A stretch of 39,039 nt of DNA, taken from NCBI GenBank assembly GCA_964586745.1, contig CAZPIS010000001.1:1-39039 (forward strand), given 5' to 3'. The notes beneath the pieces are model-generated. The model was not told the DNA's origin. It worked only from the letters and a program-made list of their open reading frames with translations, and did no database searches. A program made the translations under genes and the position numbers. Origin of the DNA: an uncultured Ruminiclostridium sp. Its GTDB lineage: Bacteria; Bacillota; Clostridia; DSM-8532. Of this stretch, positions 9,259-18,121 are shown piece by piece; the stretch's first letter is position 1; each line of letters begins with the position of its first letter.

Positions 9259-9978
9259 ATGGATTTAATTTTTGTATTTGTAATAGCAGTATTAGGTAGC
9301 TTTATTCAATCATTGAGCGGATTTGGATATGCTATATTAGCTATGGCATTATGGCCATTGGTGATTCCTTTTCAATCTGCTGTAATGGTTGAAATAACAA
9401 CAGCTTTTGTAATGGTAGCATATATCTCTGTTCAGCTATATAAACATATCAATTTTAAGTTGTTGATTTATCCGCTTATTGCTTCATTTATTACAAGTAC
9501 GCTAGGAATCGTAACTTTGATGTCCAGCACCGAAAATTTATTGCGCCGTATTTTAGGTGGAGTACTCATAATAATGGCAGTATATATAATTTTTTACAGT
9601 GAAAAAATTAATATAAAGCCGACCAAAATCAACGGAATAATTGCAGGGGGATTAGGAGGTTTGCTTTCAGGCTTGTTGGGTATAGGAGGGCCACCCATTG
9701 CAGCATACTTTTTATCTGTTACAGATAATAAAATGGAATATAATGCAACTCTACAATTTTATTTTTTGATATCTGCGTTCTATACCTTTGGAATTCATCT
9801 TATAATAGGAAACATAACAGGTGAAGTAATAAAATTCAGTTTGGTAGGGATCATTGGAGTCGCTATTGGAACAACAACAGGATTAAGTTTGTTCAAAAAG
9901 CTTTCAATTGAAATGATAAAAAAGGCATTATGTATTTTTATTATAATAGTAGGATTATTTATGCTTATAAAAGGCTGA
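9259..9978 (+). CDS. TSUP (TauE/SafE, DUF81) family anion permease
   Basis: 239 aa with about 8 TM segments and a Gly-rich motif GGLGGLLSGLLGIGGPPIAAYF, typical of TauE/SafE-type proteins. Confidence 0.78.
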   Translation: MDLIFVFVIAVLGSFIQSLSGFGYAILAMALWPLVIPFQSAVMVEITTAFVMVAYISVQLYKHINFKLLIYPLIASFITSTLGIVTLMSSTENLLRRILGGVLIIMAVYIIFYSEKINIKPTKINGIIAGGLGGLLSGLLGIGGPPIAAYFLSVTDNKMEYNATLQFYFLISAFYTFGIHLIIGNITGEVIKFSLVGIIGVAIGTTTGLSLFKKLSIEMIKKALCIFIIIVGLFMLIKG

Positions 9979-10055
9979 TTGTTATATTATTCTCCTTGAT
10001 TATTATTTTGTTACGCCATGAAATCATAACAAAAACTATGGCAGAGGAAATATAT

Positions 10056-10080
10056 GGCAGGTGTGGGCTTGACACCTGCC
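10056..10080. terminator. Stem-loop between convergent genes (possible bidirectional terminator)
   Basis: GGCAGGTGT / ACACCTGCC forms a 9-bp stem with a 7-nt loop. The flanking T-tracts are weak on both strands. Confidence 0.45.
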
Positions 10081-10121
10081 TTGACTGAAAATCCTCTTCT
10101 CAACTTACATCGGGGATTTAG

Positions 10122-11147
10122 TTAGATGGTTGTATCTATGATTATTTTTCCGTTTGCCTTTCCGGCAGCTATTTTTTTGATACTTTCTTCGAGTTGAGAA
10201 AACGGCACTACATCATCAATCAGAATCTTAGTATTAATATGGCCGTTTTCCAATAATGCAATGGCTTTGCGAAAGGCTTGCTTATTAAGAGCGAAAGAAG
10301 ACAAAATTGTGGCATCTTTTTTGTATAATTGAAATGGCTTGATCTCAATAGTGGCTTCAGCTGTGCAGATACCAAACAGTAGAATCTGCCCCCCGAACGC
10401 TAAACAATCTACAGTAGACTGCATTGAAGAAGCAGAGCCGGTACAATCGATAATGATATCGAACCCTTCTTGAGAAAGCTTTTTAAGCTTTGTGTTATCC
10501 TCATCATCTTTTGGACAGAGGGCCAAATCAACTCCAAGCTTACGAGCAAGCCGCAATTTTTCCTTATTGAAATCAGTTACGACAAGATGAGAAACATTTG
10601 CCGACTTAATCAATTGAGTAAACATCATGCCGATAGGCCCGACTCCATTAATTAGAACTGTTTTAGTGGGGTCAATCCTAAGCTTATCAAAAGCATAAAT
10701 AACTGTGGAAAGTGGCTCTGCAAAACTCATGGCATTGTAGTCCCTGCTTTGGATTTTGAATGCACTTGTTGCCGGGACATATACGTATTCCGAAAACCCT
10801 CCAAACCCTTTTAAACCTATGGTAGTTTTATGCATACAGTTATTTTCCATACTAAGATAGCATGCACTGCATTCACCACATGTGAAAAAGGGATTAATAA
10901 CTACAATATCACCTTTTTGTAAATTCTTTATCGATGAGCCTACTTCTTCGACTACAGCACAAATTTCATGTCCTATATGAAAAGGAAAGACTTTTCCGAA
11001 GATAGTTTCACCGCTATAACTATGGACATCAGTACCACAGATACCTGTTCGAAGAGTTTTAGCCAGCACACCGTTAGGTTCTATCTTCGGTAAAGGAACC
11101 TCGCGAGATTCGATTTTCAAAGGGGCGGTAAGAAGTGTTTGTCTCAT
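10122..11147 (-). CDS. Zn-dependent medium-chain dehydrogenase/reductase (polyol or sugar-phosphate dehydrogenase type), copy 1
   Basis: Catalytic Zn motifs GICGTDVH and GHE are present, with a structural Zn site CGECSACYLSMENNC and the Rossmann motif GVGPIG. The ATG at 11147 (MRQTLL) is preferred because the RBS GAAAGGA abuts the upstream ATG at 11159. Confidence 0.85.
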   Translation of the reverse strand: MRQTLLTAPLKIESREVPLPKIEPNGVLAKTLRTGICGTDVHSYSGETIFGKVFPFHIGHEICAVVEEVGSSIKNLQKGDIVVINPFFTCGECSACYLSMENNCMHKTTIGLKGFGGFSEYVYVPATSAFKIQSRDYNAMSFAEPLSTVIYAFDKLRIDPTKTVLINGVGPIGMMFTQLIKSANVSHLVVTDFNKEKLRLARKLGVDLALCPKDDEDNTKLKKLSQEGFDIIIDCTGSASSMQSTVDCLAFGGQILLFGICTAEATIEIKPFQLYKKDATILSSFALNKQAFRKAIALLENGHINTKILIDDVVPFSQLEESIKKIAAGKANGKIIIDTTI

Positions 11148-11164
11148 GTACCGTACCATCCTTT

Positions 11165-12325
11165 CTAAATACCTGCCTTGTGATAACGATCAGCCATTTC
11201 TTCCAGCGTCACGGGCTCTACTTTCGGTGCATAACCTGCAGACCCAAACTCAACAATTAAAGTGCCCACTACCTCGTGTACACCACGTTTAATGCAGTCG
11301 ATCAGTTTCAATAAATCAATATCAGTGATTTCTGTGCGGACGATTAAGGACTCCATCACAGGTGGTAAATATACTCGAGGGTCGAATTGGTCTGCTTTTG
11401 AATCCATAAGTTTCCATACGTCGCCTATTGTCTTGCTTTTTTGAAGGGAAGGGTTCTTAATAAAAAGCTCGCGTATATAACGTGTGACTGATAAACGAAT
11501 GTCGGTATCCACATTAATCTTACCTATTCCGCAAGGGATAACCTGTTTTAATTCAGAGATGGGTACTCCGTGTGCATTACTGATTTGTCCGCCTAAAGAG
11601 TTAATTTCTTCTACCATATATTGCGGTACCGTGGATGAGCCGTGTGAAACCAGTACACCAAAGATGCCCTCATGTTTTAAGTTCTCCATAGAAGCAATAG
11701 CTATTTCTTTTCGTAGTTTAACATTTTTTCCTTTGACGGCCCCATGCTTGGTCCCGTATGAAATGGCAAGACAATCTACACCGGTTTTTCGGAAGAATTC
11801 ACAAACCTTCATGGGATTTGTATAGGTAGATTGTTCTGAGAATACGTCGTCCTCTACACCGGCCAAGACGCCTAACTCACCCTCGACTGTAACTCCTCGT
11901 GCATGCGCATATTTAACGATTTCACGAGTAAGCTCGATATTTTCTTCAAAATTCAGACTTGATCCATCTACCATGACAGATGTATATCCACTTTCTATAG
12001 CTGCTTTTATGGATTCAAAATCTTTTCCGTGATCCAGATGCATAACAACAGGAATTGAGGAATTCTCGCTTACCGAATGTACAGCATCTATAATGCGTTT
12101 GGCACCAATCCGTTTGTCTTCAACGGTGCCCTTTAAAAAATCAGCACGTCCACCCATAAAAGCGTTGGCTAAATCCGCACCCTGTAGGATAGCAGCGGAC
12201 CTGAATGTTTCATGGATTTCAATGACGGCATCAGCCTGAGCGACAGTATTTACATTAAATGCTCCATGGGCGAAACCATATTTATAACTGGTTTCCAATA
12301 GTGGTCTAAGTGGTACTAAAGGCAT
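11165..12325 (-). CDS. Class II (metal-dependent) ketose-bisphosphate aldolase, expanded 386-aa paralog of Fba
   Basis: Motifs: MHLDHG, YAHARGVTVEGELGVLAGVEDDV (near-identical to the housekeeping Fba in this window), GTKHGAVKG and SHGSS. A GGAGG RBS lies 9 nt upstream. Confidence 0.88.
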   Translation of the reverse strand: MPLVPLRPLLETSYKYGFAHGAFNVNTVAQADAVIEIHETFRSAAILQGADLANAFMGGRADFLKGTVEDKRIGAKRIIDAVHSVSENSSIPVVMHLDHGKDFESIKAAIESGYTSVMVDGSSLNFEENIELTREIVKYAHARGVTVEGELGVLAGVEDDVFSEQSTYTNPMKVCEFFRKTGVDCLAISYGTKHGAVKGKNVKLRKEIAIASMENLKHEGIFGVLVSHGSSTVPQYMVEEINSLGGQISNAHGVPISELKQVIPCGIGKINVDTDIRLSVTRYIRELFIKNPSLQKSKTIGDVWKLMDSKADQFDPRVYLPPVMESLIVRTEITDIDLLKLIDCIKRGVHEVVGTLIVEFGSAGYAPKVEPVTLEEMADRYHKAGI

Positions 12326-12402
12326 ATTAAGAACCTCCTTACAAGAAATATAATTTGTGCAAATTTTGTTGCAAATTGTCTATGTTTGCGTTAGAATAGT
12401 AT

Positions 12403-12413
12403 GCAACGGTTGC
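12403..12413. promoter_or_regulatory. Operator-like palindrome GCAACgGTTGC in the divergent aldolase/lacI-type promoter region
   Basis: The 5-bp arms GCAAC and GTTGC flank a central G. A tandem TTGTGCAAATT / TTGTTGCAAATT repeat lies nearby at 12355-12377, and a GTTTGCG half-site at about 12384-12390. Confidence 0.35.
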
Positions 12414-12459
12414 TGTTTAGGCTGTTATAACAGCTTAAACATTAGTATAACGATTGCAT

Positions 12460-13548
12460 ATGTCAAACCGAAAATTAAATAGAATAGGAAGATTTAGATT
12501 GACCCTAAAAGAGATTGCAAAAGAGGCGGGCGTTTCTGTTTCTACAGTATCACGTGTTATTAATAAAAAAGGCTCCCATGTAGCCCGCCCTGAGATTCAA
12601 AATCGAATATGGGAGATTGTAAGCCGGGTAGGATTTGTACCGAATGAAAACGCCCAGAATCTAAGGCGAAACAGTAAAACAGAAAAAGCAGAGGGACCTT
12701 ATCCGATAGCTTGCCTTTTTGCACGAACACCGGAGTCTATTAATGACCCTTTCTTTTCCAAGCTGGCATGTAGTGTAGAAGCTGCTGCATTTAAAGAGAA
12801 CTATAATGTTCAATATTCCCTGACTGAAATTGATATGAAGCGTACTAATACTATACATAACATCATTGACATGAATATTCGGGGTGTAGTGGTTTTAGGT
12901 CGCTGTGACAAGGCACTTTTGAAATATCTCAAGCAGTACTTCCGTTTTGTCAGTTATACCGGCCTGAACCCGGCTTCTGCTAAGTATGATCAGATTATCT
13001 GCGACGGCAGAGAGGTGGTAGAGGCTGCGGTAGATTACCTAGTAGGCCTTGGCCATGGAAAAATAGCATACATAGGAGAAACAAATAATGAGAACCGGTT
13101 TGAAGGCTATCAAATGGCTCTACAAAAACATGGTATTGAGTTGGAGCAATCATATGTTGTCAATGTTCCGTTGTCATCAGAAAATGGTTATCGTGGTGCG
13201 ATGACATTGTTAGAGCGTGCACATGGAGTAACGGCTATTCTTGCAGCAAATGACCTAACAGCAATAGGTGCTATGCGGGCTATGCGTGAAATGGGAATCC
13301 GAATACCGCAGGATATGTCCATTATGGGAATCGATGATATCGATATGGCTCAATACATGGCTACCAAACTTACATCAGTGCATATTCCCGTAGAGGAGAT
13401 GGGGCAGTTGGCCACAAAAACTTTGATAGATCGTATCAATGGTGGCCACACATTACCACTAAAGATATCCCTTCCCTTTTATATTGCTGAGCGCGAAAGC
13501 TGCAGTAAACCTCCAAAAAATCCTTGGGTAAGAAATCCAAATAAATAA
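12460..13548 (+). CDS. LacI/GalR-family transcriptional regulator
   Basis: The N-terminal HTH LKEIAKEAGVSVSTVSRVINKK...NENAQNLRR is followed by a periplasmic-binding-protein-like sugar-binding core (LAANDLTAIGAMRAMREMGIRIPQDMSIMGIDD). The start is ATG 12460 or TTG 12454, and no strong RBS is visible. Confidence 0.9.
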   Translation: MSNRKLNRIGRFRLTLKEIAKEAGVSVSTVSRVINKKGSHVARPEIQNRIWEIVSRVGFVPNENAQNLRRNSKTEKAEGPYPIACLFARTPESINDPFFSKLACSVEAAAFKENYNVQYSLTEIDMKRTNTIHNIIDMNIRGVVVLGRCDKALLKYLKQYFRFVSYTGLNPASAKYDQIICDGREVVEAAVDYLVGLGHGKIAYIGETNNENRFEGYQMALQKHGIELEQSYVVNVPLSSENGYRGAMTLLERAHGVTAILAANDLTAIGAMRAMREMGIRIPQDMSIMGIDDIDMAQYMATKLTSVHIPVEEMGQLATKTLIDRINGGHTLPLKISLPFYIAERESCSKPPKNPWVRNPNK

Positions 13549-13568
13549 AGTAAAGATAAATGAAAAAT

Positions 13569-13603
13569 GAGGCATGCTCCAAAAGGCGCATGCCTCTTAT
13601 TAA
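13569..13603 (+). terminator. Rho-independent terminator after the regulator gene
   Basis: GAGGCATGC / GCATGCCTC forms a 9-bp stem with a 10-nt loop, followed by TTATTAAT. Confidence 0.6.
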
Positions 13604-13688
13604 TACGAGTTTAGCGCGATGACAGGTATTTAAAGCGCTTAAGCCATTATTCTGGTTTTTTCGTGGTTTAGTATCTAGTAATCCGGTA

Positions 13689-15134
13689 TTATTCGAATTC
13701 CTTAAATACACGTTCATAAGCTTTTAGAGTATCATCCAAAACGTCGATGGTTTGGAGGTTCAGGAAAGTCTTATTTCCGGCTGCTACAATTACACCTTCA
13801 GAAGCCAGTGCCATTGCAAATTCATTCATGCGTTTTTGAGCTTCAGCTCGTTTTGCAGCAATCTCTTCCTTACTGTAATTTTCAAAGGTTGCAATATGCT
13901 TAAAGCCTGTTACGTCAATTTGCATTATAGATGCTTGATGCGTAATTATTGCGGGAATTTCATATTTATTGGTAAGGTCTGTAAGGTCGCGTGCAAATTT
14001 TTCTGTTGCTACTTCCAGTTTTTCATGGGCATTTGTACGTTCCAATTCGCATATAGCAGTGTATCCGGCTGCGCAGCTAACAGGATTTGCACTGAGTGTA
14101 CCACCTAACATGATGGTTTTGCCTGCGGTGTGCGATACCCCGGATGTAACGAGGTTCATGATTTCATCTCTTGCACCGACACCTCCTGCAGACGGAAAAC
14201 CGCCACCTATAATTTTTCCGAAAACAGTGATATCAGCCTTGACGTCAAAAGTAGTTTGAGCCCCACCCATGCCAAGACGAAAACCGGTAACTACCTCATC
14301 CATGATTAGTAATACACCATACTTATCGCAAAGCTCACGAACTTTTTTATGATAACCCAACTGAACGGGTACACCGCCTGAGTCCTGACCAATTGGCTCA
14401 ATTAAAAACGCAGCAGTGCCACCCTTGGCTTCATTCTCAATGAAACGCTGTTCCAAAGCCTCAAGATCATTAATCATAACAGCAGAAGTATTTTTGAGGG
14501 TATCGTCAGGAACACCCACAGCAAAGGAGGTACCGGTATTTACAGTGCGCACGTCGTAAACAACATGATCACTCCAACCGTTGTAACAGCCCTTAAGTTT
14601 GACAATTTGATCCTTGCCGGTAAATGCACGAGCAAGGCGAATGGCAACCATTACGGCTTCAGTACCGCTGCCTAACATACGGAACTTGTCACAAGAGGGA
14701 TAATAGCTACAGATTTTCTCTGCAAGTTTTCTCTCGTATTCATGGTAGAGTCCTGTCAGATAACCGGTTGTGTTGATAGTTTCAATGACAGCATCACGTA
14801 TTGCGGGGTAGTTGTTGCCGAGAATAGTAACGCCACCACCGTTAAGTAAGTCGATGTAACGATTGCCGTCGATGTCATAAAGGTATGCGCCTTCGGCTTT
14901 AACAATATTTAGCGGAAATGGGTGGTTCAGAGCCAAATTATGCTGTACGCCACCGGGTATATAATTCTTAGCCTCATTAATGGAACTCTTGGATGTGGCA
15001 CACTTTTCGTCAAAGTGCTTTTTATAGCGTGCCAGAGCATCCTGACTTAGACGTTTTCCATTTTCAATAACATTTACGGCACGCTGATGAATGGCAGCAG
15101 CATCGTAACCGTTAAGATATGATTGATTTAACAT
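13689..15134 (-). CDS. Class III PLP-dependent aminotransferase/aminomutase, glutamate-1-semialdehyde-2,1-aminomutase-like
   Basis: 481 aa. Motifs: GSGTEAVMVAIRLARAFTG, LIMDEVVTGFRLG and the Schiff-base lysine motif FGKIIGGGFP. It carries an N-terminal extension of about 45 aa relative to typical GSAM. Its RBS GAAGGGAG lies inside the 3' end of the upstream kinase gene. Confidence 0.85.
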   Translation of the reverse strand: MLNQSYLNGYDAAAIHQRAVNVIENGKRLSQDALARYKKHFDEKCATSKSSINEAKNYIPGGVQHNLALNHPFPLNIVKAEGAYLYDIDGNRYIDLLNGGGVTILGNNYPAIRDAVIETINTTGYLTGLYHEYERKLAEKICSYYPSCDKFRMLGSGTEAVMVAIRLARAFTGKDQIVKLKGCYNGWSDHVVYDVRTVNTGTSFAVGVPDDTLKNTSAVMINDLEALEQRFIENEAKGGTAAFLIEPIGQDSGGVPVQLGYHKKVRELCDKYGVLLIMDEVVTGFRLGMGGAQTTFDVKADITVFGKIIGGGFPSAGGVGARDEIMNLVTSGVSHTAGKTIMLGGTLSANPVSCAAGYTAICELERTNAHEKLEVATEKFARDLTDLTNKYEIPAIITHQASIMQIDVTGFKHIATFENYSKEEIAAKRAEAQKRMNEFAMALASEGVIVAAGNKTFLNLQTIDVLDDTLKAYERVFKEFE

Positions 15135-15137
15135 TTT

Positions 15138-16622
15138 TTATTCTCCCTTCTCATTGTTCAATTTATTATATATTTTGCTTAACGCATGGAATGCGGATTT
15201 ATAAATTGGATATAGCCTGTCATAACGATCTCTAAATTCATCTTGGGGATAGAATGTCCTGTCAAAAGCTGATGAAGTTTTTAAAGTTTCATATCCTTTA
15301 GGATGCTCATTAAGACCTATTTCAATACAAAATGCTAAGCCTGCGAAGCGTGGATCGCGCATAGTTGTAATGGGATCACCTATAATATTAGCAATTGTCT
15401 GCACACTCTCAGGCAACATCATGCCTCCGCCGATACCACGCAATGAATTGATCTCCCAGCCATGCTTGGAGGAATAAAATTCTTTTAGCCACAATAGATT
15501 AAAACCAATTCCATCCAGTACTGCGCGGGCAATCTGACCCCTAGAGGTGGCTGATTCTATGTTAAGGAGCGAGGCGCGGACTCGTACATCATTAATGGGT
15601 GCTGAGGCACCGGTTAAAAACGGCAGAAACAAAACGTTTGCATATGAAGAAACATCGTTGCTTTCCTCTCCGACCAGAGAATATACATCCAAATTTTCAG
15701 ATATTTCTTTTTGGTAGTATGTTCTAATTAAATAATCGATGCAAGCTCCCCCGGAATCGGTTTCGAGGTAATGGTACCACTGACCCGGTATGGGTGAGGG
15801 GCGAATGGTGTCTACATCTTGATATTTGTCGGCCGTAACAGCCAGCCATGCAGAAGTTCCGATATAGATGTGAGCATCGCCGGGTTGCACACAAGCTGCG
15901 CCTAATATTGCCGTTGCATGATCATTACATCCTCCGAACACAGGTGTTCCCTCAGCCACTCCCAAAAGTCGAGCAGCTTTAGAAGTAAGGCGCCCAACCA
16001 TTTCATCTGACCTGACAACCCTTTCGGGAACTAGTCTGCGGGGGAAATCCGATATATCAAACTTGGACTCATCCCAACATCCATTTTGAACATCAAATAA
16101 GCGTGTGGTACGAGCACTTGTAAATTCATACACCATTTGGCCTGTCATGTGATATAAGAGGTATCCCTGTAAATCCAATAGCTTATAGGCAGAAGAAATT
16201 AGGTCAGGTTGTTTCTCAACAAACCAAAGCAGCTTGGCAATGACATTTTTTCCCGAATAAAGTATTTTACCGATTTTTTCGTTTAATCGATTAGCTTGAA
16301 TCACTGCTCTTCCATCCATCCACATAACACATTCGGTAAGTGCATTTCCTTTATTATCTACGAAAATAATGGATGAACCCGTATGGGAAATAGCTATTCC
16401 TTTTATTTGAGAAGGCAGAATTCCGGAAGCGTAAATAATCTCATGTGTAGCTTCTTGCATAGTTGCCCATATGCTTTCAGGATCCTGGACAGCCCAATTC
16501 AATTTCGGGAAATAGGTCATATATGGTTTATTACAAGATGTTAGTATTCGGTGGTTATTATCTATTAGTGCAGACTTAACACTCCCTGATCCGAAATCAA
16601 AAGTGAGTGAAAATTGCTTCAA
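15138..16622 (-). CDS. FGGY-family carbohydrate kinase
   Basis: N-terminal motif FSLTFDFGSGSVKSAL (DxGT/SxxK type), with GTSAWL and GIGGG motifs and a length of about 495 aa. The TTG at 16622 follows the RBS GAGGAGG by 8 nt. The ORF track's alternative TTG start is at 16649. Confidence 0.88.
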   Translation of the reverse strand: MKQFSLTFDFGSGSVKSALIDNNHRILTSCNKPYMTYFPKLNWAVQDPESIWATMQEATHEIIYASGILPSQIKGIAISHTGSSIIFVDNKGNALTECVMWMDGRAVIQANRLNEKIGKILYSGKNVIAKLLWFVEKQPDLISSAYKLLDLQGYLLYHMTGQMVYEFTSARTTRLFDVQNGCWDESKFDISDFPRRLVPERVVRSDEMVGRLTSKAARLLGVAEGTPVFGGCNDHATAILGAACVQPGDAHIYIGTSAWLAVTADKYQDVDTIRPSPIPGQWYHYLETDSGGACIDYLIRTYYQKEISENLDVYSLVGEESNDVSSYANVLFLPFLTGASAPINDVRVRASLLNIESATSRGQIARAVLDGIGFNLLWLKEFYSSKHGWEINSLRGIGGGMMLPESVQTIANIIGDPITTMRDPRFAGLAFCIEIGLNEHPKGYETLKTSSAFDRTFYPQDEFRDRYDRLYPIYKSAFHALSKIYNKLNNEKGE

Positions 16623-16757
16623 AACCCTTACCTCCTCATATTGTTTCAATAAGAGTAGCTTTCAAAAGATGTTGCATGCAAAATCGTATTGAAGGCAATT
16701 TTTTATTAATGATTATACTATATCAATACAACATCTTTGGAAACGAGTCAAGGATAA

Positions 16758-16779
16758 AACATGCAAACGATTACATGTT
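16758..16779. promoter_or_regulatory. Imperfect operator-like palindrome (AACATGCAAACGATTACATGTT) upstream of the kinase-aminotransferase operon
   Basis: The outer arms AACATG and CATGTT are perfect and the core TGCAAACG matches the 18122 palindrome half-site. CATGCAAA (16760-16767) also pairs with TTTGCATG (16780-16787). Candidate minus-strand promoter: TTGACT (16751-16746), 17 nt, TATTGA (16728-16723). Confidence 0.4.
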
Positions 16780-16828
16780 TTTGCATGAAAAACAGAAAGA
16801 TTTACTATCTTTATTATTGACATTTCAT

Positions 16829-17965
16829 TCATCCAAATACTGTTTTACCCGCGATAATAGTTTTTTGGATATTGATATTTTCGTCAATTAAGACAAAATC
16901 TGCATCTGAACCTACCAAAAGGGTTCCTTTACGTCCGTAAATACCCATAAGAATTGCAGGATTACGAGTTATCGGTTTTATAGCATCCCACATAGAAAGA
17001 TTATTATTGCGCTTAAAATTGATCACAGCATCGTTGAGTGAAAGTACACTTCCAGCAAAGAAACCGTTATCTAAATGGGCGCCTTTTTCATTGATTGTTA
17101 CACGCTGACCTGCAAGAGTTGAAACACCATACCCCATACCTGCAAATCGCATTGAATCTGTTACAAGAATCATTTGATTTATACCCTTAAGCTTTAGCAG
17201 GACACGTTGTGTGGCAGGATGAATATGGAGATTATCAACAATCAGTTCGCAGAAAACATTGGGAGATTCGCTTGCGGCAGCAACCACACCGGGTTCGCGG
17301 TGCTGTAACTGATGCATAGCACAGAAAGTATGGGTGATAGAGGATGCACCCAACGCAAATGATGCCATTGCTTGTTCATAATGAGCCAGTGTGTGGCCAA
17401 TTGAAACGCGGATACCTGACTTTACGCACTGCGAAATAAAATCCATATTTCCGGGCTCTTCAGGTGCGATGGTTACAATTTTTATGGTATCCTCAAACCC
17501 GGAAACCAATGAATAATCTGCCGGTACTAAGAATTCCCGAGGTTGGGCACCACCCCAATCAGGGGAAAGAAAGGGACCTTCCATGTGACAACCCAATACC
17601 TGTGTACCTACGTATTGTGTATTCATCAATTCACGAATTGAGTCAATAGCCTTTCGTATAGCGTCAAAGCTCATGGACATAGTGGTAGGGTAAAGTGATG
17701 TTACACCGGTTTCAGGTAAACGGGCCAATAATTTTAAGGCTTCGTTATTGTTAGCGTCCATAAAGTCATAGTTATATGAACCATGTTTATGGATATCAAT
17801 GAAGCCGGGGCTTAAATACATTCCTTTTGCATCGATTACATCTTTTGATTCTAAATTAATCTGTGATACAGGCAATATATTCTGTATTTTTGTGTCAAAA
17901 ATAACAGCGTGGTTTTCAAGAACTTCGTTTTCCAAGATAATTTTTGCATTAATAATTACATTCAT
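16829..17965 (-). CDS. nagA: NagA/AgaA-family N-acetylhexosamine-6-phosphate deacetylase (amidohydrolase superfamily)
   Basis: Motifs: GFIDIHKHG (HxH), CHMEGPF, IGHT, THTFCAMHQLQHREPG, DNLHIHP and VTDSM. A GGAGG RBS lies 8 nt upstream of the ATG. Confidence 0.85.
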   Translation of the reverse strand: MNVIINAKIILENEVLENHAVIFDTKIQNILPVSQINLESKDVIDAKGMYLSPGFIDIHKHGSYNYDFMDANNNEALKLLARLPETGVTSLYPTTMSMSFDAIRKAIDSIRELMNTQYVGTQVLGCHMEGPFLSPDWGGAQPREFLVPADYSLVSGFEDTIKIVTIAPEEPGNMDFISQCVKSGIRVSIGHTLAHYEQAMASFALGASSITHTFCAMHQLQHREPGVVAAASESPNVFCELIVDNLHIHPATQRVLLKLKGINQMILVTDSMRFAGMGYGVSTLAGQRVTINEKGAHLDNGFFAGSVLSLNDAVINFKRNNNLSMWDAIKPITRNPAILMGIYGRKGTLLVGSDADFVLIDENINIQKTIIAGKTVFG

Positions 17966-18121
17966 CGGTTGTTCCTCCTCAATAGTATATATTATTATGT
18001 CCTGGGGTTGTTTTAATGCAATAAATACATACTATCACTAAGGAAAATATAAAGTCAATTTACATTGCATGAAATTTGCGTAATTATATAATAATAGTAC
18101 ATATATATGACAGATAAATTG

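Noticed and set aside
13436-13717. A 93-aa minus-strand ORF bridging the 3' end of the LacI-type gene, its terminator hairpin and the 3' end of the aminotransferase gene.
   Set aside because: It overlaps two well-supported genes and a terminator, and it has no RBS and no recognisable motif.
16607-16891. A 94-aa plus-strand ORF across the kinase/nagA-like intergenic region.
   Set aside because: It overlaps the starts and ends of two minus-strand genes and covers the promoter/operator region. There is no RBS, and the product is AT-rich and low in complexity.
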